Shown: one piece after another, positions 38,783 to 51,081 of the stretch
Numbering within the stretch: the stretch's first letter is position 1
Layout of the letters: each line of letters starts with the position of its first letter
Assembly (NCBI GenBank): GCA_963697335.1
Contig: CAVONQ010000003.1
Location: 1-64,000, forward strand
DNA: 64,000 nucleotides
Direction of reading: 5' to 3'
Source: an uncultured cyanobacterium
Lineage (GTDB): Bacteria > Cyanobacteriota > Cyanobacteriia > PCC-6307 > Cyanobiaceae
Position numbers and translations under genes: made by a program
Notes under the pieces: generated by a model
The model's database searches: none
Seen by the model: only the letters and a program-made list of their open reading frames with translations
Told to the model about the DNA's origin: nothing

Positions 38783-39648
38783 GCCGTGCCCTCCCGCCGC
38801 CGGCGCTGGCTGAGCACCAGGGCCAGGGCGCAGCCCAGCAGCAGGGCGAACATGCCCAGCATCACGGTGGCGCTGTAGCCGAAATCGAGAAAGCGCATGG
38901 CGTTCAGGTAGGCGTAGAGCGCCAGGCTCTCGGTGCTGCTGGCGGGGCCGCCGCCCGTGAGCACGGCCACCAGATCGAACACCCCCAGGGCCTGGGCCAG
39001 GCGGAACAGCAGCACGATGAAGATGTAGGGGCGCAGCAGCGGCAGGGTGATCCAGCGCAGGGCCTGCCAGGGGCGGCCACCCTCCAGGGCCAGGGCCTCG
39101 TAGAGATCGGCCGGGATGCTCTGCAGCCCGGCCAGCAGCAGCAGGGCCACGAAGGGGGTGGTTTTCCAGACATCGGCCAGCACCACCGCCATCCAGGCCA
39201 GCTGGGACGACGCCAGGAAGGGCAGGCTCGGCAGGCCGACGGTCTGCAGCAGGCCGTTGATGGGCCCGTTGGGGTCGTTGAAGATCCAGCGCCAGCCCAG
39301 GGCCATCACGGTGGTGGGCAGGGCCCAGGGCAGCAGGCTGAGGCTGCGCACCAGGCCCCGCCCCCGCCAGCGCTGATGCAGCAGCAGGGCGATGGCCAGC
39401 CCCAGCAGCAGCTCCAGCCCCACCGACACCACCGCGAAACGCAGGGTCTGGGCGGCGTCCTGCCAGAAGCGTCCATCGCCGAGCAGCCGCTGCCAGTTGG
39501 CCAGGCCCACCGGCACGGGCTCCAGGCCCGTGAACACCGACTGGGCCTGCAGGCTCAGCCAGGCGTAATCCAGGATCGGCCACACGAACACGGCCAACAA
39601 CAGCAGCAGCGCCGGGGCGATCAGCAGCAGGGTGAGGGCCGCACTCAT
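38779..39648 (-). CDS. Carbohydrate ABC transporter permease (MalF/GgtC-like)
   Basis: GLANW, LLPWALP, DVWKTTPF, GLQSIPADLYEA. Confidence 0.92.
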   Translation of the reverse strand: MSAALTLLLIAPALLLLLAVFVWPILDYAWLSLQAQSVFTGLEPVPVGLANWQRLLGDGRFWQDAAQTLRFAVVSVGLELLLGLAIALLLHQRWRGRGLVRSLSLLPWALPTTVMALGWRWIFNDPNGPINGLLQTVGLPSLPFLASSQLAWMAVVLADVWKTTPFVALLLLAGLQSIPADLYEALALEGGRPWQALRWITLPLLRPYIFIVLLFRLAQALGVFDLVAVLTGGGPASSTESLALYAYLNAMRFLDFGYSATVMLGMFALLLGCALALVLSQRRRREGTA

Positions 39649-40937
39649 CGCTGCGCCGCCTGACCGCTCGCCTCAAGGAGCTGCTCGCTGGCCCGGCCGG
39701 CCCGGCCCATCGCCAGGGCCGGCGCGCTGTCGCCGGTGATCACGCCACTGAGCTGGCGCTGCACGATGTCGCTGAGCTGGGCGTAGCCGGGGTTGATCGG
39801 CCGCAGCACCACGGCCTCCAGGGCCTGCTGGAGCACGGGCAACAAGGGGCGTTCGCGCACCAGGTCTGGGTCTTCGAACAGGGCGGTGAGGGTGGGGGTG
39901 TAGCCCCAGCGCCGCACCAGCTGGCGCTGGCTCTCGGCGCCGGTGAGGGCCTGCAGCGCCTGCACGGCCTCGGCGGGATGGGCCGTACCGGCCAGCACCG
40001 AGAGCCCCCAGCTGCCCTGGGTGGCACCGGGGGTCTGGCCGGGCTCGGCCACCATGGTGGAGACGCCCACCTTGCCGGCCACGGCGCTCTGGGGCCCCTG
40101 CAGCTCCTGCCAGGCGTAGGGCCAGTTGCGCATCAGGGCGGCGTCGCCGGCCTCGAAGCTCTGCAGGGCCTCGGGTTCGGCGAAATTGGCCACGGCGGCG
40201 GGGCTGACGCCCGTGTCGATCAGGGAGCGCATCCAGGCCGCGGCCTGATCGGCGGGGGGAGCCAGCAACCCCATGCCGGGCTGATCGGCCTGCCAGGAGC
40301 CGCCGAAGCCGTGCAGCACCTCCAGAAACACGCAGCTGAGGCCTTCGTACTGGCGGCCCTGCCACACGTAGCCCCAGCGCACCCGGCCCTGGTCCTGCAA
40401 CTGCCGGGACACGGCCACCAGCTCGGCGGGGCTGCGGGGCGGCTGGTCCATGAGGTCAGTGCGCCAGTAGAGCAGGCCCATGTCAGCCACCAGGGGCAGG
40501 CGCCACAGGCGGCCATCGATGCGGTTGCCGGCGCGGGCGCCGGGGGCCAGGGGCTCGAGGGCCTCGGCGCCGAGCCAGTCGTCGAGGGGCAGCAGCCAGC
40601 CCGCAGCGGCGTACTTGGCCGTCCAGGTGACATCCATCAGCAGCAGGTCGTAGGGGCTGTCCCCCAGCAGCAGGCTGCTGATCGCCAGATCCGACACCGA
40701 CTCGGTTTCAAACGGGCCCCGGGTCACGGCGATACGCAGATCGCGGTGATGGCGGTTGAAGGCCGCCACCTGCTCGGCGGTGGCATCGGCGAAGGGGGCG
40801 GGCATCAGCACCCGCACCGTGGTGGGCTGCTGCCCGGCGGCCAGGGTGCGCCAGCCGACACCCCCCCCGGCCAGGGCGACCAGGATCCCCAGCATCAGGC
40901 CGAGGGCCAGGAGCCAACGCCTGGAGGGAAAGCTCAA
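39645..40937 (-). CDS. Sugar ABC transporter substrate-binding protein (GgtB-like)
   Basis: N-terminal anchor, DLLLMDVTW, LYWRTDL, QYEGL, MRNWPYAW. Confidence 0.9.
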   Translation of the reverse strand: MSFPSRRWLLALGLMLGILVALAGGGVGWRTLAAGQQPTTVRVLMPAPFADATAEQVAAFNRHHRDLRIAVTRGPFETESVSDLAISSLLLGDSPYDLLLMDVTWTAKYAAAGWLLPLDDWLGAEALEPLAPGARAGNRIDGRLWRLPLVADMGLLYWRTDLMDQPPRSPAELVAVSRQLQDQGRVRWGYVWQGRQYEGLSCVFLEVLHGFGGSWQADQPGMGLLAPPADQAAAWMRSLIDTGVSPAAVANFAEPEALQSFEAGDAALMRNWPYAWQELQGPQSAVAGKVGVSTMVAEPGQTPGATQGSWGLSVLAGTAHPAEAVQALQALTGAESQRQLVRRWGYTPTLTALFEDPDLVRERPLLPVLQQALEAVVLRPINPGYAQLSDIVQRQLSGVITGDSAPALAMGRAGRASEQLLEASGQAAQR

Positions 40938-42469
40938 ATCGCGCGCAGGGTGCCCAGTTGCTGCTCAGCCCAGTGCTGCACGGTGAACTCCTCCACCGCC
41001 TCGGACATCGAAGCCATGCGGCGCTTCTGCTCGTCCAGGGGCATCTCCAGGGCGGCGACGATGGCCGCGTCCATGCTCCGGTGGGAGTAGGGGTTGGTGA
41101 CTACCGCGTCTTCCAGTTCCACCGAGGCCCCGGAGAACTCGGAGAGCACCAGCGCCCCACCCTGGCCCTGGCGGGTGGCGACGTATTCCTTCGCCACCAG
41201 GTTGAGACCGTCCCGCAGCGGCGTGATCCAGCACACGTCCGACTGGCTGAACCAGGCCACCAGCTCGTTGTAGGGAGTGCGGCGGGTGGAGAGGCGCACG
41301 GGGGTCCAGTCGATGCGACCAAAGCGACCGTTGATGCGGCCCACGATCTCCTCCACCGAGCGCTGGATGTCTTCATAGATGCGCATGCCGCTGGCGGCGG
41401 CCACACAGGCGAGGAACAGCTCCACTTCGCCGTGCCACTGGGGCTGCTGCTCCAGCACCCGCTCGTAGGAGAGCAGCATCTCCTCGTTGCCCTTGGTGTA
41501 GTCCACCCTGGAGGCCGAGATGATCAGCTTGCGGCCGGCGTGCTGCTCGGAGATCTGGGCCGCCATCGTCTGCACCTCAGCGCTGTCCCTGAGCTCACGG
41601 ATCACATCCGGGGAGGTGCCCACCGGAGAGGCCTGGATGTGTACCCGGCGGCCGTTGTGCTCCAACCAGGGCAACACCGTGGGCTGGGCCAGGGCACTGC
41701 CGTGGTGGCGGAACTTCGCGGCCACCGGCACGGGATCACCACAGCGGGCGCCGCGCAGATTGATGGCGGTGCGGGAGAAGTTGTCGGCGTAGCGGGGAAT
41801 GTGGAAGCCCACCAGGTCGCAACAGAGCAGGCTGTCGAGAATTTCATCACGCCAGGGCAGGATGCTGAACACGTCGTTGGAGGGGAACGGCGTGTGGTGA
41901 AAAAAGGCGATCCTCACATCGGGTCTGAGGGCCCTGATCTGGGCTGGAGCCAGCCAGAGGTTGTAGTCGTGCACCCAGATGGTGGCCCCTTCCGCCGCCT
42001 CCTCACAGGCCGCGCGGGCAAACGACTGATTGACCCCTACAAAGGTGTCCCAGTCTGAGTTGTCAACACTGAACAAGCCTGGGAAGCTGTGTAGAATCGG
42101 CCAGAAGGATTCCTTCGAGGTGACGTGATAAAAACTCGAAATCTGCGTTTCGGTCAGCGGCAGTCGTCGCAGGGTGAATGGACTGGCCAACGGCACCGTG
42201 AGCCGTTCGTCAACAGCATTGGAAGCATCATCCTCTTGGCGCCAGGAAATCCAGGTGCCGGAGCGCTCCTCCAGAAACAGATTGCGGAGGGTGGGGATGA
42301 TGCCGTTCGGGCTTTTCTGATCGACGAACTCGATGCTGCCATCGGCGGCTGTTTTGAGGTCGTAGGGGGAGCGGTGGTAGACCAGCACAAAGCTGCTGCT
42401 GCCGAAGGCCTGGCTGGGATCTGACTGCGCAAGGATGCTGGGCATGGGCAAACTGTCTGTGGCACGCAT
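40934..42469 (-). CDS. ggpS: Glucosylglycerol-phosphate synthase (GT20)
   Basis: VYHRSPYD, KSPNGIIPTL, FWPILHSF, WVHDYNLWL, FHHTPFP, RVDYTKG, TPLRDGLNLVAKE. Start uncertain (42447-42490). Confidence 0.93.
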   Translation of the reverse strand: MRATDSLPMPSILAQSDPSQAFGSSSFVLVYHRSPYDLKTAADGSIEFVDQKSPNGIIPTLRNLFLEERSGTWISWRQEDDASNAVDERLTVPLASPFTLRRLPLTETQISSFYHVTSKESFWPILHSFPGLFSVDNSDWDTFVGVNQSFARAACEEAAEGATIWVHDYNLWLAPAQIRALRPDVRIAFFHHTPFPSNDVFSILPWRDEILDSLLCCDLVGFHIPRYADNFSRTAINLRGARCGDPVPVAAKFRHHGSALAQPTVLPWLEHNGRRVHIQASPVGTSPDVIRELRDSAEVQTMAAQISEQHAGRKLIISASRVDYTKGNEEMLLSYERVLEQQPQWHGEVELFLACVAAASGMRIYEDIQRSVEEIVGRINGRFGRIDWTPVRLSTRRTPYNELVAWFSQSDVCWITPLRDGLNLVAKEYVATRQGQGGALVLSEFSGASVELEDAVVTNPYSHRSMDAAIVAALEMPLDEQKRRMASMSEAVEEFTVQHWAEQQLGTLRAI

Positions 42470-42639
42470 GGCTTGGGGAACTGGCATCAACAGGACGTGG
42501 TTGAACCTCGCGGGGCTCGCTGCGCTACGAATCCGGATAGGACGAGATTGGAATCAGCTTGTCCGCCTGGCGGACAAGCACCATCAGAGGACCACAGCGG
42601 CACACTGTTATGGCCTTCAACAAGCAAAAAGGTCCTGAT

Positions 42640-42668
42640 ATCATAGATCAAGTGTACCACTTTGTCAA
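42640..42668 (-). promoter_or_regulatory. Sigma70-type promoter of the ggpS operon (TTGACA-N17-TATGAT)
   Basis: Minus strand TTGACA at 42668-42663, 17-nt spacer, TATGAT at 42645-42640. Confidence 0.75.
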
Positions 42669-42903
42669 GCGGTCTTGACTTGTTGATGATCTTCGCTCCG
42701 GCTTATTGCGGACCAGCCGTTGAATCATCGCCGGAATGGGCAGATGGAGACTGTGACTCACGATATCGACAGACGCCCCGACGCTGTCACCAGAAGCAAC
42801 GCCCCCATTGAAATTTTTTTGCTGCGATCCAGGTGATCATCAAGATGCCATCCGGCAAACCGGGGCCGTCCTAAGCTGATCCCAGCTCTGTAGCGAATCC
42901 TCC

Positions 42904-43137
42904 GTGCCGCTCAGCCTGGTCCAACGGGGACAACGGGTGCGTGTTGTGTCGCTACCCGTCTATCCAGCCCTGCAGGGGCGACTTCTGGCGATGGGCATTC
43001 GGCCGGGGGCCGAGCTGGAGGTGCTGCGCCGCAGCAAGCCCGGCGGCACCCTTCACCTCGCCAGTGGGCTGCTGGAGTTCATGCTCCGCCACGACCATGC
43101 CGAGGAGCTGGAGGTGGAGGCACTGCCCCAGGCCTGA
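42904..43137 (+). CDS. feoA: Ferrous iron transport protein A
   Basis: 77 aa, LQGRLLAMGIRPGAELEVLRR (SH3-like FeoA signature). Confidence 0.85.
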   Translation: MPLSLVQRGQRVRVVSLPVYPALQGRLLAMGIRPGAELEVLRRSKPGGTLHLASGLLEFMLRHDHAEELEVEALPQA

Positions 43138-43403
43138 GCGGGAACCAGCCCTCGCCGCGGCCCAACCACCAGCGCCAGGGCTGCTGCGAGCCTGGTTCCG
43201 ATCCTGACGTGGATTCATGGCCGCGTCCTGACGCAAACGACCTGGCGAGCAGGGGCCCGTGCAGAGCCCAGTCACCCCAACTCCTAGCGCCATGAATGGC
43301 TGCGACCGAGGCAAAAAACGTGAATCGGATGTGACCCAACGACCGCCTGCGACGTGACTCATGTCACCAGCTGCCGTGGCTGGCCCTGCTACTGCTGGCG
43401 GCA

Positions 43404-45266
43404 TCACGCCAGCAGTAGCCCACCCTGGTAGACCAGCAGGGCCAGCAGCCAGGCCAGGCTGAGCGACCAGGCCAGGGACAGCAAGGCGAAGCTGCGGCTC
43501 CTGGACTCCTTGAGTTGGATGGCCACAGTGCCCAGACAGGGGGTGTAGAGCAGCACGAAGGTCATGAAACTCAGAGCCTGCAGGGGTGTGATCGCCTGGC
43601 TGATCACACTGCCCAGGCTGGCTTCACTGGTGGCATAGATCACGGCCATGGCCCCCAGCAGAATCTCCTTGGCGATGAAGCCGAAAAACAGCGACACGGT
43701 AAGGGCCGAGGTCATGCCGATGGGCCCAAGCAAGGGCTGGAAGAACTGGCCAATGGCATCGGCCAGCGTGTTACCTGATCCCTGAATGGCCCCGGCTGGC
43801 AGGTGGGTGAGCAGCCAGATTCCCGCCGCTCCGATCAGGATGAAGGCCCGTGTCGTCACCAGGAAATTGAGCATGGAGGTCCAGCCCCTGCGCAGAATCG
43901 TGCTCAGGCTGGGAGCGCGATAGGGAGGGAGCTCAAGCACGAAGGCCTCGCGGCTGGGAAAGGCCCGCTTGAACACCAGACCGGTGATCACCGCGGCCAG
44001 GAAACTAAGCCCATAGAAGCCAAACACCACCAGGCCTGGGGCCCACCAGGGCCGGGGAAAGAAGACCCCGGCCATGAAGATGAACACTGTGAGACGCGCC
44101 TGGCAGAGGGCGAAGGGAATGCAGAGCATGGCCAGCAGCCGCATGCTGCGATCACGGATCACCCGGGTGCCCATGATCGAGGGCACATTGCAACCAAAAC
44201 CCATGATCTGGAGCACAAAGGCACGGCCATCGAGGCCCAGCCAGTGCATGAAGCCGTCCATCAGGAAGGCGGCTCTCGGCAGATAGCCCGAGTCTTCCAC
44301 CACCGCCATGATGACGTAGAAGAGGAAGATGATCGGCAGGAAGGTGGTCACCGTACCGACCCCCAGCCACACACCCTCGATCAGAAATCCCCGCAGGAAC
44401 TCTGGCGCTCCCGCAGTCACCAGCAGCGGCTCCAGCACGGCGGTCTGCATCCAATCCACCAGGGCTGCGAGGAGTTCCTGCAGCGGCGCACCCAGGGCAT
44501 AGAGCAGCTGGAACATCGCCATCACGATTCCCAGGAAAGCCAGCAGACCCAGCACCGGATGCATGAGCAGGCGATCGGTGCGTCGGGTCCGCCGGTTGAC
44601 CAGCCGCCGCGGCTGCGTCACGGCCGCGGCGGCCAAGGCTGCAGCCCTGGCCTCGACACCGAATGGCGGCTCCGGTCGACTCGCTGGGCTCACGGTCCCC
44701 ACGCCCCGGTGCACGGCCTCGATCAGCTCCTCGATCCCCTGGTTGCGTTTGGCGCTGACCGGGAGCAGGGGCAGGCCCAGCTCCGCACTCAGGCGTTGGT
44801 GGTCGATCGCGATGCCCAGCCGCCGCGACTCATCGCTCATGTTCAGGGCCACCACCATGGGTATCCCGAGCTCCCGCAGCTGCAGTACAAAGCGGAGCTG
44901 GTTGGTGATCTGGCTGGCGTTCACCACCACCAACAGCAGGGCGGGGGGGGTCTGGTGCAGGAAACGCTGCACCACAGCTTCGTCCTCACTGCTGGCGCTG
45001 AGGTCGTGAATGCCGGGCAGATCCACCAGGGTGTGGCGCCGCCCCTGGCGGTCGGCTGGCATCGAGCCCCGCAGCAGCTCCACCGTGAGCCCTGGCCAGT
45101 TGGCAATCTGAGCATCGCCGCCGGTGAGCCGGTTGTAGAGGGTCGACTTGCCCGTGTTGGGCATGCCGATCAGGGCCACGGTGGAACACTCGGTGGCGTT
45201 GGTGCCAGCACCACGCCTCAGCAGTGCCGCCCGCGGAGCTTGAAGGCCTCGGCCAGACGCGTCCAT
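43404..45266 (-). CDS. feoB: Ferrous iron transport protein B
   Basis: GMPNTGKST, ANWPGLTVE, DLPG, LNMSDE, EDSGYLPRAAF, GFGCNVP, ELPPY, YTPC. Confidence 0.95.
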   Translation of the reverse strand: MDASGRGLQAPRAALLRRGAGTNATECSTVALIGMPNTGKSTLYNRLTGGDAQIANWPGLTVELLRGSMPADRQGRRHTLVDLPGIHDLSASSEDEAVVQRFLHQTPPALLLVVVNASQITNQLRFVLQLRELGIPMVVALNMSDESRRLGIAIDHQRLSAELGLPLLPVSAKRNQGIEELIEAVHRGVGTVSPASRPEPPFGVEARAAALAAAAVTQPRRLVNRRTRRTDRLLMHPVLGLLAFLGIVMAMFQLLYALGAPLQELLAALVDWMQTAVLEPLLVTAGAPEFLRGFLIEGVWLGVGTVTTFLPIIFLFYVIMAVVEDSGYLPRAAFLMDGFMHWLGLDGRAFVLQIMGFGCNVPSIMGTRVIRDRSMRLLAMLCIPFALCQARLTVFIFMAGVFFPRPWWAPGLVVFGFYGLSFLAAVITGLVFKRAFPSREAFVLELPPYRAPSLSTILRRGWTSMLNFLVTTRAFILIGAAGIWLLTHLPAGAIQGSGNTLADAIGQFFQPLLGPIGMTSALTVSLFFGFIAKEILLGAMAVIYATSEASLGSVISQAITPLQALSFMTFVLLYTPCLGTVAIQLKESRSRSFALLSLAWSLSLAWLLALLVYQGGLLLA

Positions 45267-45454
45267 GGGCTGCAGAGGGGGGATTCAGATCTAATCCCCG
45301 CAGGCTGTCTGGCTCCGGCCCAAACCGCACCGTTGCAGGTGACCTCTGATGCGCAGCTCTCCTCAGGAGCCGGGGCTCAGCGGCGGAAGGCGGAGAGGGA
45401 TGATCAAGGCCGGATTGTTGTTCCACCCCGGCACACCGGCCGCCCCCGCCACCC

Positions 45455-47290
45455 ATGCTGCGCATCGCCCACGCCCTCGAAGCCCAGCTCACGGCGGCCC
45501 TGGAGCGGGCGTTTCCCGATCAGGCGGCGACGGCGCGGCAGGGCGGAGCTGCCCTGGATCCCCAGCTGGCGGCGGCCAGCAAGCCTGAGTTCGGCGATTT
45601 CCAGGCCAACGGCGCCCTGGCCCTGGCCAAGCCGCTGCGCCAGGCGCCCCGCGCCATCGCCGCAGCCATCGTGGCTGAGCTGGGCGCCGACCCCAGCTTC
45701 ACGGAGCTCTGCCTGGAGCCCCAGATTGCCGGCCCGGGCTTCATCAATCTCACCCTGCGGCCGGAGCGGCTGGCGGCCGAGCTGGCGCAGCGCCTCGACG
45801 ATCCGCGCCTGGGGGTGCCCAGTGTGCAGGGGGCCAGCGCCGAGGCGCCGGCGCCGGTGATCGTGGACTTCTCCAGCCCCAACATCGCCAAGGAGATGCA
45901 CGTGGGGCACCTGCGCTCCACGATCATCGGCGACTCCCTGGCCCGGGTGCTGGAGTTTCGCGGCCATCCGGTGCTGCGGCTCAACCACGTGGGCGACTGG
46001 GGCACCCAGTTCGGCATGCTGATCACCCACCTCAAGCAGGTGGCGCCGGAGGCCCTCAGCACCGCCGATGCGGTGGATCTGGGCGATCTGGTGGCCTTCT
46101 ACCGCCAGGCCAAGGCCCGCTTCGATGCCGATGGGGCCTTCCAGGCCAGCTCCCGCGAGGAGGTGGTGAAGCTGCAGGGGGGGGATCCGGTGTCACTGAA
46201 GGCCTGGGGGCTGCTGTGCGACCAGAGCCGCCGCGAGTTTCAGAAGCTGTACGACCGCCTCGCCATCGACCTCAGCGAGCGCGGGGAGTCCTTTTACAAC
46301 CCCTACCTCGAGGCGGTGGTGGCCGATCTGGAGGCCTGTGGCCTGCTGGTGACCGACGACGGCGCCCGCTGCGTGTTCCTGGAAGGCGTGAGTGGCAAGG
46401 ACGGCAAGCCCCTGCCGGTGATCGTGCAGAAGCGCGACGGCGGCTTCAACTACGCCACCACCGACCTGGCCGCCATCCGCTACCGCTTCGCGGCGCCCCC
46501 GGAGGGCGATGGCGCCCGGCGGGTGATCTATGTGACCGATGCGGGCCAGGCGGCCCACTTTGCGGGGGTGTTCCAGGTGGCCGAACGGGCCGGCTGGATC
46601 CCGGCCGGGGCGCGCCTGGAGCACGTGCCCTTCGGGCTGGTGCAGGGCGACGACGGCAAGAAGCTCAAGACCCGCGCCGGCGACACCGTGCGCCTGCGCG
46701 ACCTGCTGGATGAGGCCGTGGAGCGCGCCGAGGCCGACCTGCGCCGCCGCCTCAGGGAAGAAGAGCGCAGCGAAGACGAGGCCTTCATCCAGCAGGTGGC
46801 CACCACCGTGGGGCTGGCGGCGGTGAAGTACGCCGACCTCAGCCAGAACCGCAGCACCAACTACCAGTTCAGCTTTGATCGCATGCTGGCTCTGCAGGGC
46901 AACACGGCCCCCTACCTGCTCTATTCGGTGGTGCGCATCGCCGGCATCGCCCGCAAGGGGGGCGATGGGGCGGCGGCCGGTTCCGAAGCTGCCGCGGTAG
47001 CGGGGGATGTCTCGCTGAGCTTCAGCGAACCGCAGGAATGGGCCCTGGTGCGGGAGCTGCTCAAGCTCGATGGCGTGATCGTGGAGGTGGAGGAGGAGCT
47101 GCTGCCGAACCGGCTGTGCAGCTACCTGTTTGAGCTCAGCCAGGTGTTCAACCGCTTCTACGACCAGGTGCCCGTGCTCAAGGCCCCCGAGCCGGCTCGC
47201 GCCTCGCGCCTGGCCCTCTGCCAGCTCACCGCCGCCACCCTCAAGCTGGGCATGGGACTACTGGGGATTCCCACTCTGGAGCGGATGTGA
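45455..47290 (+). CDS. argS: Arginine--tRNA ligase
   Basis: [53 protein letters not shown]. Confidence 0.98.
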   Translation: MLRIAHALEAQLTAALERAFPDQAATARQGGAALDPQLAAASKPEFGDFQANGALALAKPLRQAPRAIAAAIVAELGADPSFTELCLEPQIAGPGFINLTLRPERLAAELAQRLDDPRLGVPSVQGASAEAPAPVIVDFSSPNIAKEMHVGHLRSTIIGDSLARVLEFRGHPVLRLNHVGDWGTQFGMLITHLKQVAPEALSTADAVDLGDLVAFYRQAKARFDADGAFQASSREEVVKLQGGDPVSLKAWGLLCDQSRREFQKLYDRLAIDLSERGESFYNPYLEAVVADLEACGLLVTDDGARCVFLEGVSGKDGKPLPVIVQKRDGGFNYATTDLAAIRYRFAAPPEGDGARRVIYVTDAGQAAHFAGVFQVAERAGWIPAGARLEHVPFGLVQGDDGKKLKTRAGDTVRLRDLLDEAVERAEADLRRRLREEERSEDEAFIQQVATTVGLAAVKYADLSQNRSTNYQFSFDRMLALQGNTAPYLLYSVVRIAGIARKGGDGAAAGSEAAAVAGDVSLSFSEPQEWALVRELLKLDGVIVEVEEELLPNRLCSYLFELSQVFNRFYDQVPVLKAPEPARASRLALCQLTAATLKLGMGLLGIPTLERM

Positions 47291-48475
47291 GCTGGTGGCT
47301 GGCGCAATCTCCCCAAGCCTCCGCATCAGCGGCGTAATCGACAGCCCCTGCACGATCACCGAAAAGGCCACCACCGCGAACGCCACGGTCACCACGGAGT
47401 CGCGGTAGGGGAGGCTGGTGGGCAAGCCCAGGGCGAGGGCCAGGGCCAGGGCACCGCGCAGGCCGCCCCAGAAGAGCACGTGCTGGTGGTTGGCCTTCAC
47501 CCTCAGCGGCGATGCCTGGAACAGAAGGCAGCAGCCATAGGTGGACAGGGCCCGGCCCGCCAGCACCAGGCCAATGGCGATGCCGATCGGCAGCAGCACC
47601 CGGGTGAAGTTCTGGTGCGCCTCCAGCATCCCCATCAGCAGGAAGATCAGCGAGTTCACCACGAAGGCGGCGTACTCCCAGAACGATTCCACCGCTTCGC
47701 GGCCCTTGGGGGAGATGGCGCCCAGGGGGCCGAGGTTGCCCAGCATGATGCCGGCGGTGAGGGTGGCCAGCACCCCCGACACCTCCAGCTCCTCCGCCAG
47801 CAGAAACGAGCCATAGGCCGCCACCGTGGTGAAGGTGATCTCCACCAGGGGGTCTTCGGTGCGGCCGGCCAGGGCGAGCAGGGCCGCGGCCACGGCGGCT
47901 CCGCAGGCCACCCCACCCACGATCGTGAGCGCCAGAAACTGGACGGTGCCCAGGGGCGTGATCGTGGCGCCGGTGGCGAAGGCGATGGCGATGCCGAAAG
48001 CCACGGCAGCGGTGCTGTCGTTGAGGAGGCTCTCCGCCTCCACCAGCTCCCGCAGCCGGCCATGCACGCCCGCCTCCTTGAAGGTGGCGATCACCGACAC
48101 CGGATCGGTGGCCGAGATCAACACGCCGAACAGCAGTGCCGCCTGCCAGCTCCAGTCGGCCAGGTAGTGCATGCCCAGCGTGGTGATGCCGGCGGACACC
48201 ACCACGCCCAGGGTGGCCAGGGTGAGCACCACGGGCAGGTCCTTGCGCAGGGAGGGCCAGGCGATGAAGATCGCCGCCTCGAAGATCAGGGGCGGCAGGA
48301 AGGCATTGAAGATCAGCTCCCGCGTCAGGGCGATGTCAGGAGCGAAGGGCAGCCAGGCCAGCAGGATGCCTCCCAGCACCAGGCCCACGCTGTAAGGCAA
48401 GCGCAAGCGGCGGGCCAGCATGGCCACCACGGCCGCCACCAGCAGCAGCAGCTCAACCTTTTCGATCGTGAGCAT
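47258..48475 (-). CDS. Na+/H+ antiporter, CPA1 (NhaP) family
   Basis: [36 protein letters not shown]. Confidence 0.92.
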   Translation of the reverse strand: MLTIEKVELLLLVAAVVAMLARRLRLPYSVGLVLGGILLAWLPFAPDIALTRELIFNAFLPPLIFEAAIFIAWPSLRKDLPVVLTLATLGVVVSAGITTLGMHYLADWSWQAALLFGVLISATDPVSVIATFKEAGVHGRLRELVEAESLLNDSTAAVAFGIAIAFATGATITPLGTVQFLALTIVGGVACGAAVAAALLALAGRTEDPLVEITFTTVAAYGSFLLAEELEVSGVLATLTAGIMLGNLGPLGAISPKGREAVESFWEYAAFVVNSLIFLLMGMLEAHQNFTRVLLPIGIAIGLVLAGRALSTYGCCLLFQASPLRVKANHQHVLFWGGLRGALALALALGLPTSLPYRDSVVTVAFAVVAFSVIVQGLSITPLMRRLGEIAPATSSHPLQSGNPQ

Positions 48476-48529
48476 GGGGAAGGGAAAACGGCAGGCGATG
48501 CCAGACCCCAAGCCGGGGAGAAGCCGCCC

Positions 48530-50134
<1,605 letters not shown>

Positions 50135-50182
50135 ACACCAGAACGCTAGCAAGGTTGTCCCGGCTGCGCCTTGCCGCGGTCC

Positions 50183-50833
50183 TCAGCCCTGGGCTGGGTT
50201 GCCCTGCAGCCCGTTCAGCGCCGCTGCCACCACCCGGTGGTCCCCGTCCTGCTGCAGGCCGCTGAGCAGGGTTCTGGCCCGCTCGACGACGCCGGCATCG
50301 GCGGGGAGTGAGCTCTGTTGCATCAGGCGGCCCAGGATCTCGGTGCCGCCCACCCGCACGGTGTCGTCGGCATCGGTTAGGGCCAGCTCCGCCAGTTCAA
50401 GCAGATCGGCCGCCCCGGCCTCGGGGTGCTCGGCCACGGCGGAGAGCACGCTGCAGCGCAGCAGCCACTGGGTGTCAGCCCGGAAGGCCTCAAGCACCAC
50501 GGGCCAGGCCCGCTCCAGCCCGTAGCTCACCAGGGCATTGGCCGCCTCAGCCCGCACGTTGGCGTCCTCATCGTGGCGCACGGCCTGCACCAGGGCCTCC
50601 CAGCCGGCTTCGGTCTGCTTCACGCCCAGGCCGGCACAACTCAGGGAGCGCACGATGAAAGCCGACTGCTCCAGCCCCCGCAGCAGCAGCGGCACTGCCT
50701 GTTCATCCGGCACCTCCCGCAGCCCCACCAGGGCCGGCATGGAACGGGAGGGATCACCGGAGAGGATGGCCTCCTCCAGCGCCGCGAGGTCGGCGGGCTG
50801 GTTCTGGGGGCGGGGGTCGGAAGCTTCGCTCAT
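50183..50833 (-). CDS. HEAT-repeat (PBS lyase/NblB-like) protein
   Basis: Repeated D..ANVRAEAANAL, D..WLLRCS and D..TVRVG units. Confidence 0.8.
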   Translation of the reverse strand: MSEASDPRPQNQPADLAALEEAILSGDPSRSMPALVGLREVPDEQAVPLLLRGLEQSAFIVRSLSCAGLGVKQTEAGWEALVQAVRHDEDANVRAEAANALVSYGLERAWPVVLEAFRADTQWLLRCSVLSAVAEHPEAGAADLLELAELALTDADDTVRVGGTEILGRLMQQSSLPADAGVVERARTLLSGLQQDGDHRVVAAALNGLQGNPAQG

Positions 50834-51081
50834 CCCTCCAGCCTGGCGGATGGCCGGCCCTGGCGCAGGGCCTCCAGCAACGAGCGGCGCCGTCTGCGGC
50901 GCCTGTGAAGGCTGCTGCCGAGCAGGGCCGTGCCGATCACCAGCGCCGGCAAGGCCTGCCAGCGATCGGGGCCGCGGCGCTGGGCCAGCACCCCCAGGGC
51001 CACCACCAGCAGCAGCGGGGCCGAGAGGGCCAGCATGGTGTGCAGCAGCGGGCGCTGGCGGGTCGAAACAGGGGGACTCAT
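50830..51081 (-). CDS. Small membrane protein (DUF3188-like)
   Basis: LSAPLLLVVAL...QRRGPDRWQALPALVIG...RRRRR; overlaps both neighbours in an operon. Confidence 0.7.
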   Translation of the reverse strand: MSPPVSTRQRPLLHTMLALSAPLLLVVALGVLAQRRGPDRWQALPALVIGTALLGSSLHRRRRRRRSLLEALRQGRPSARLEG

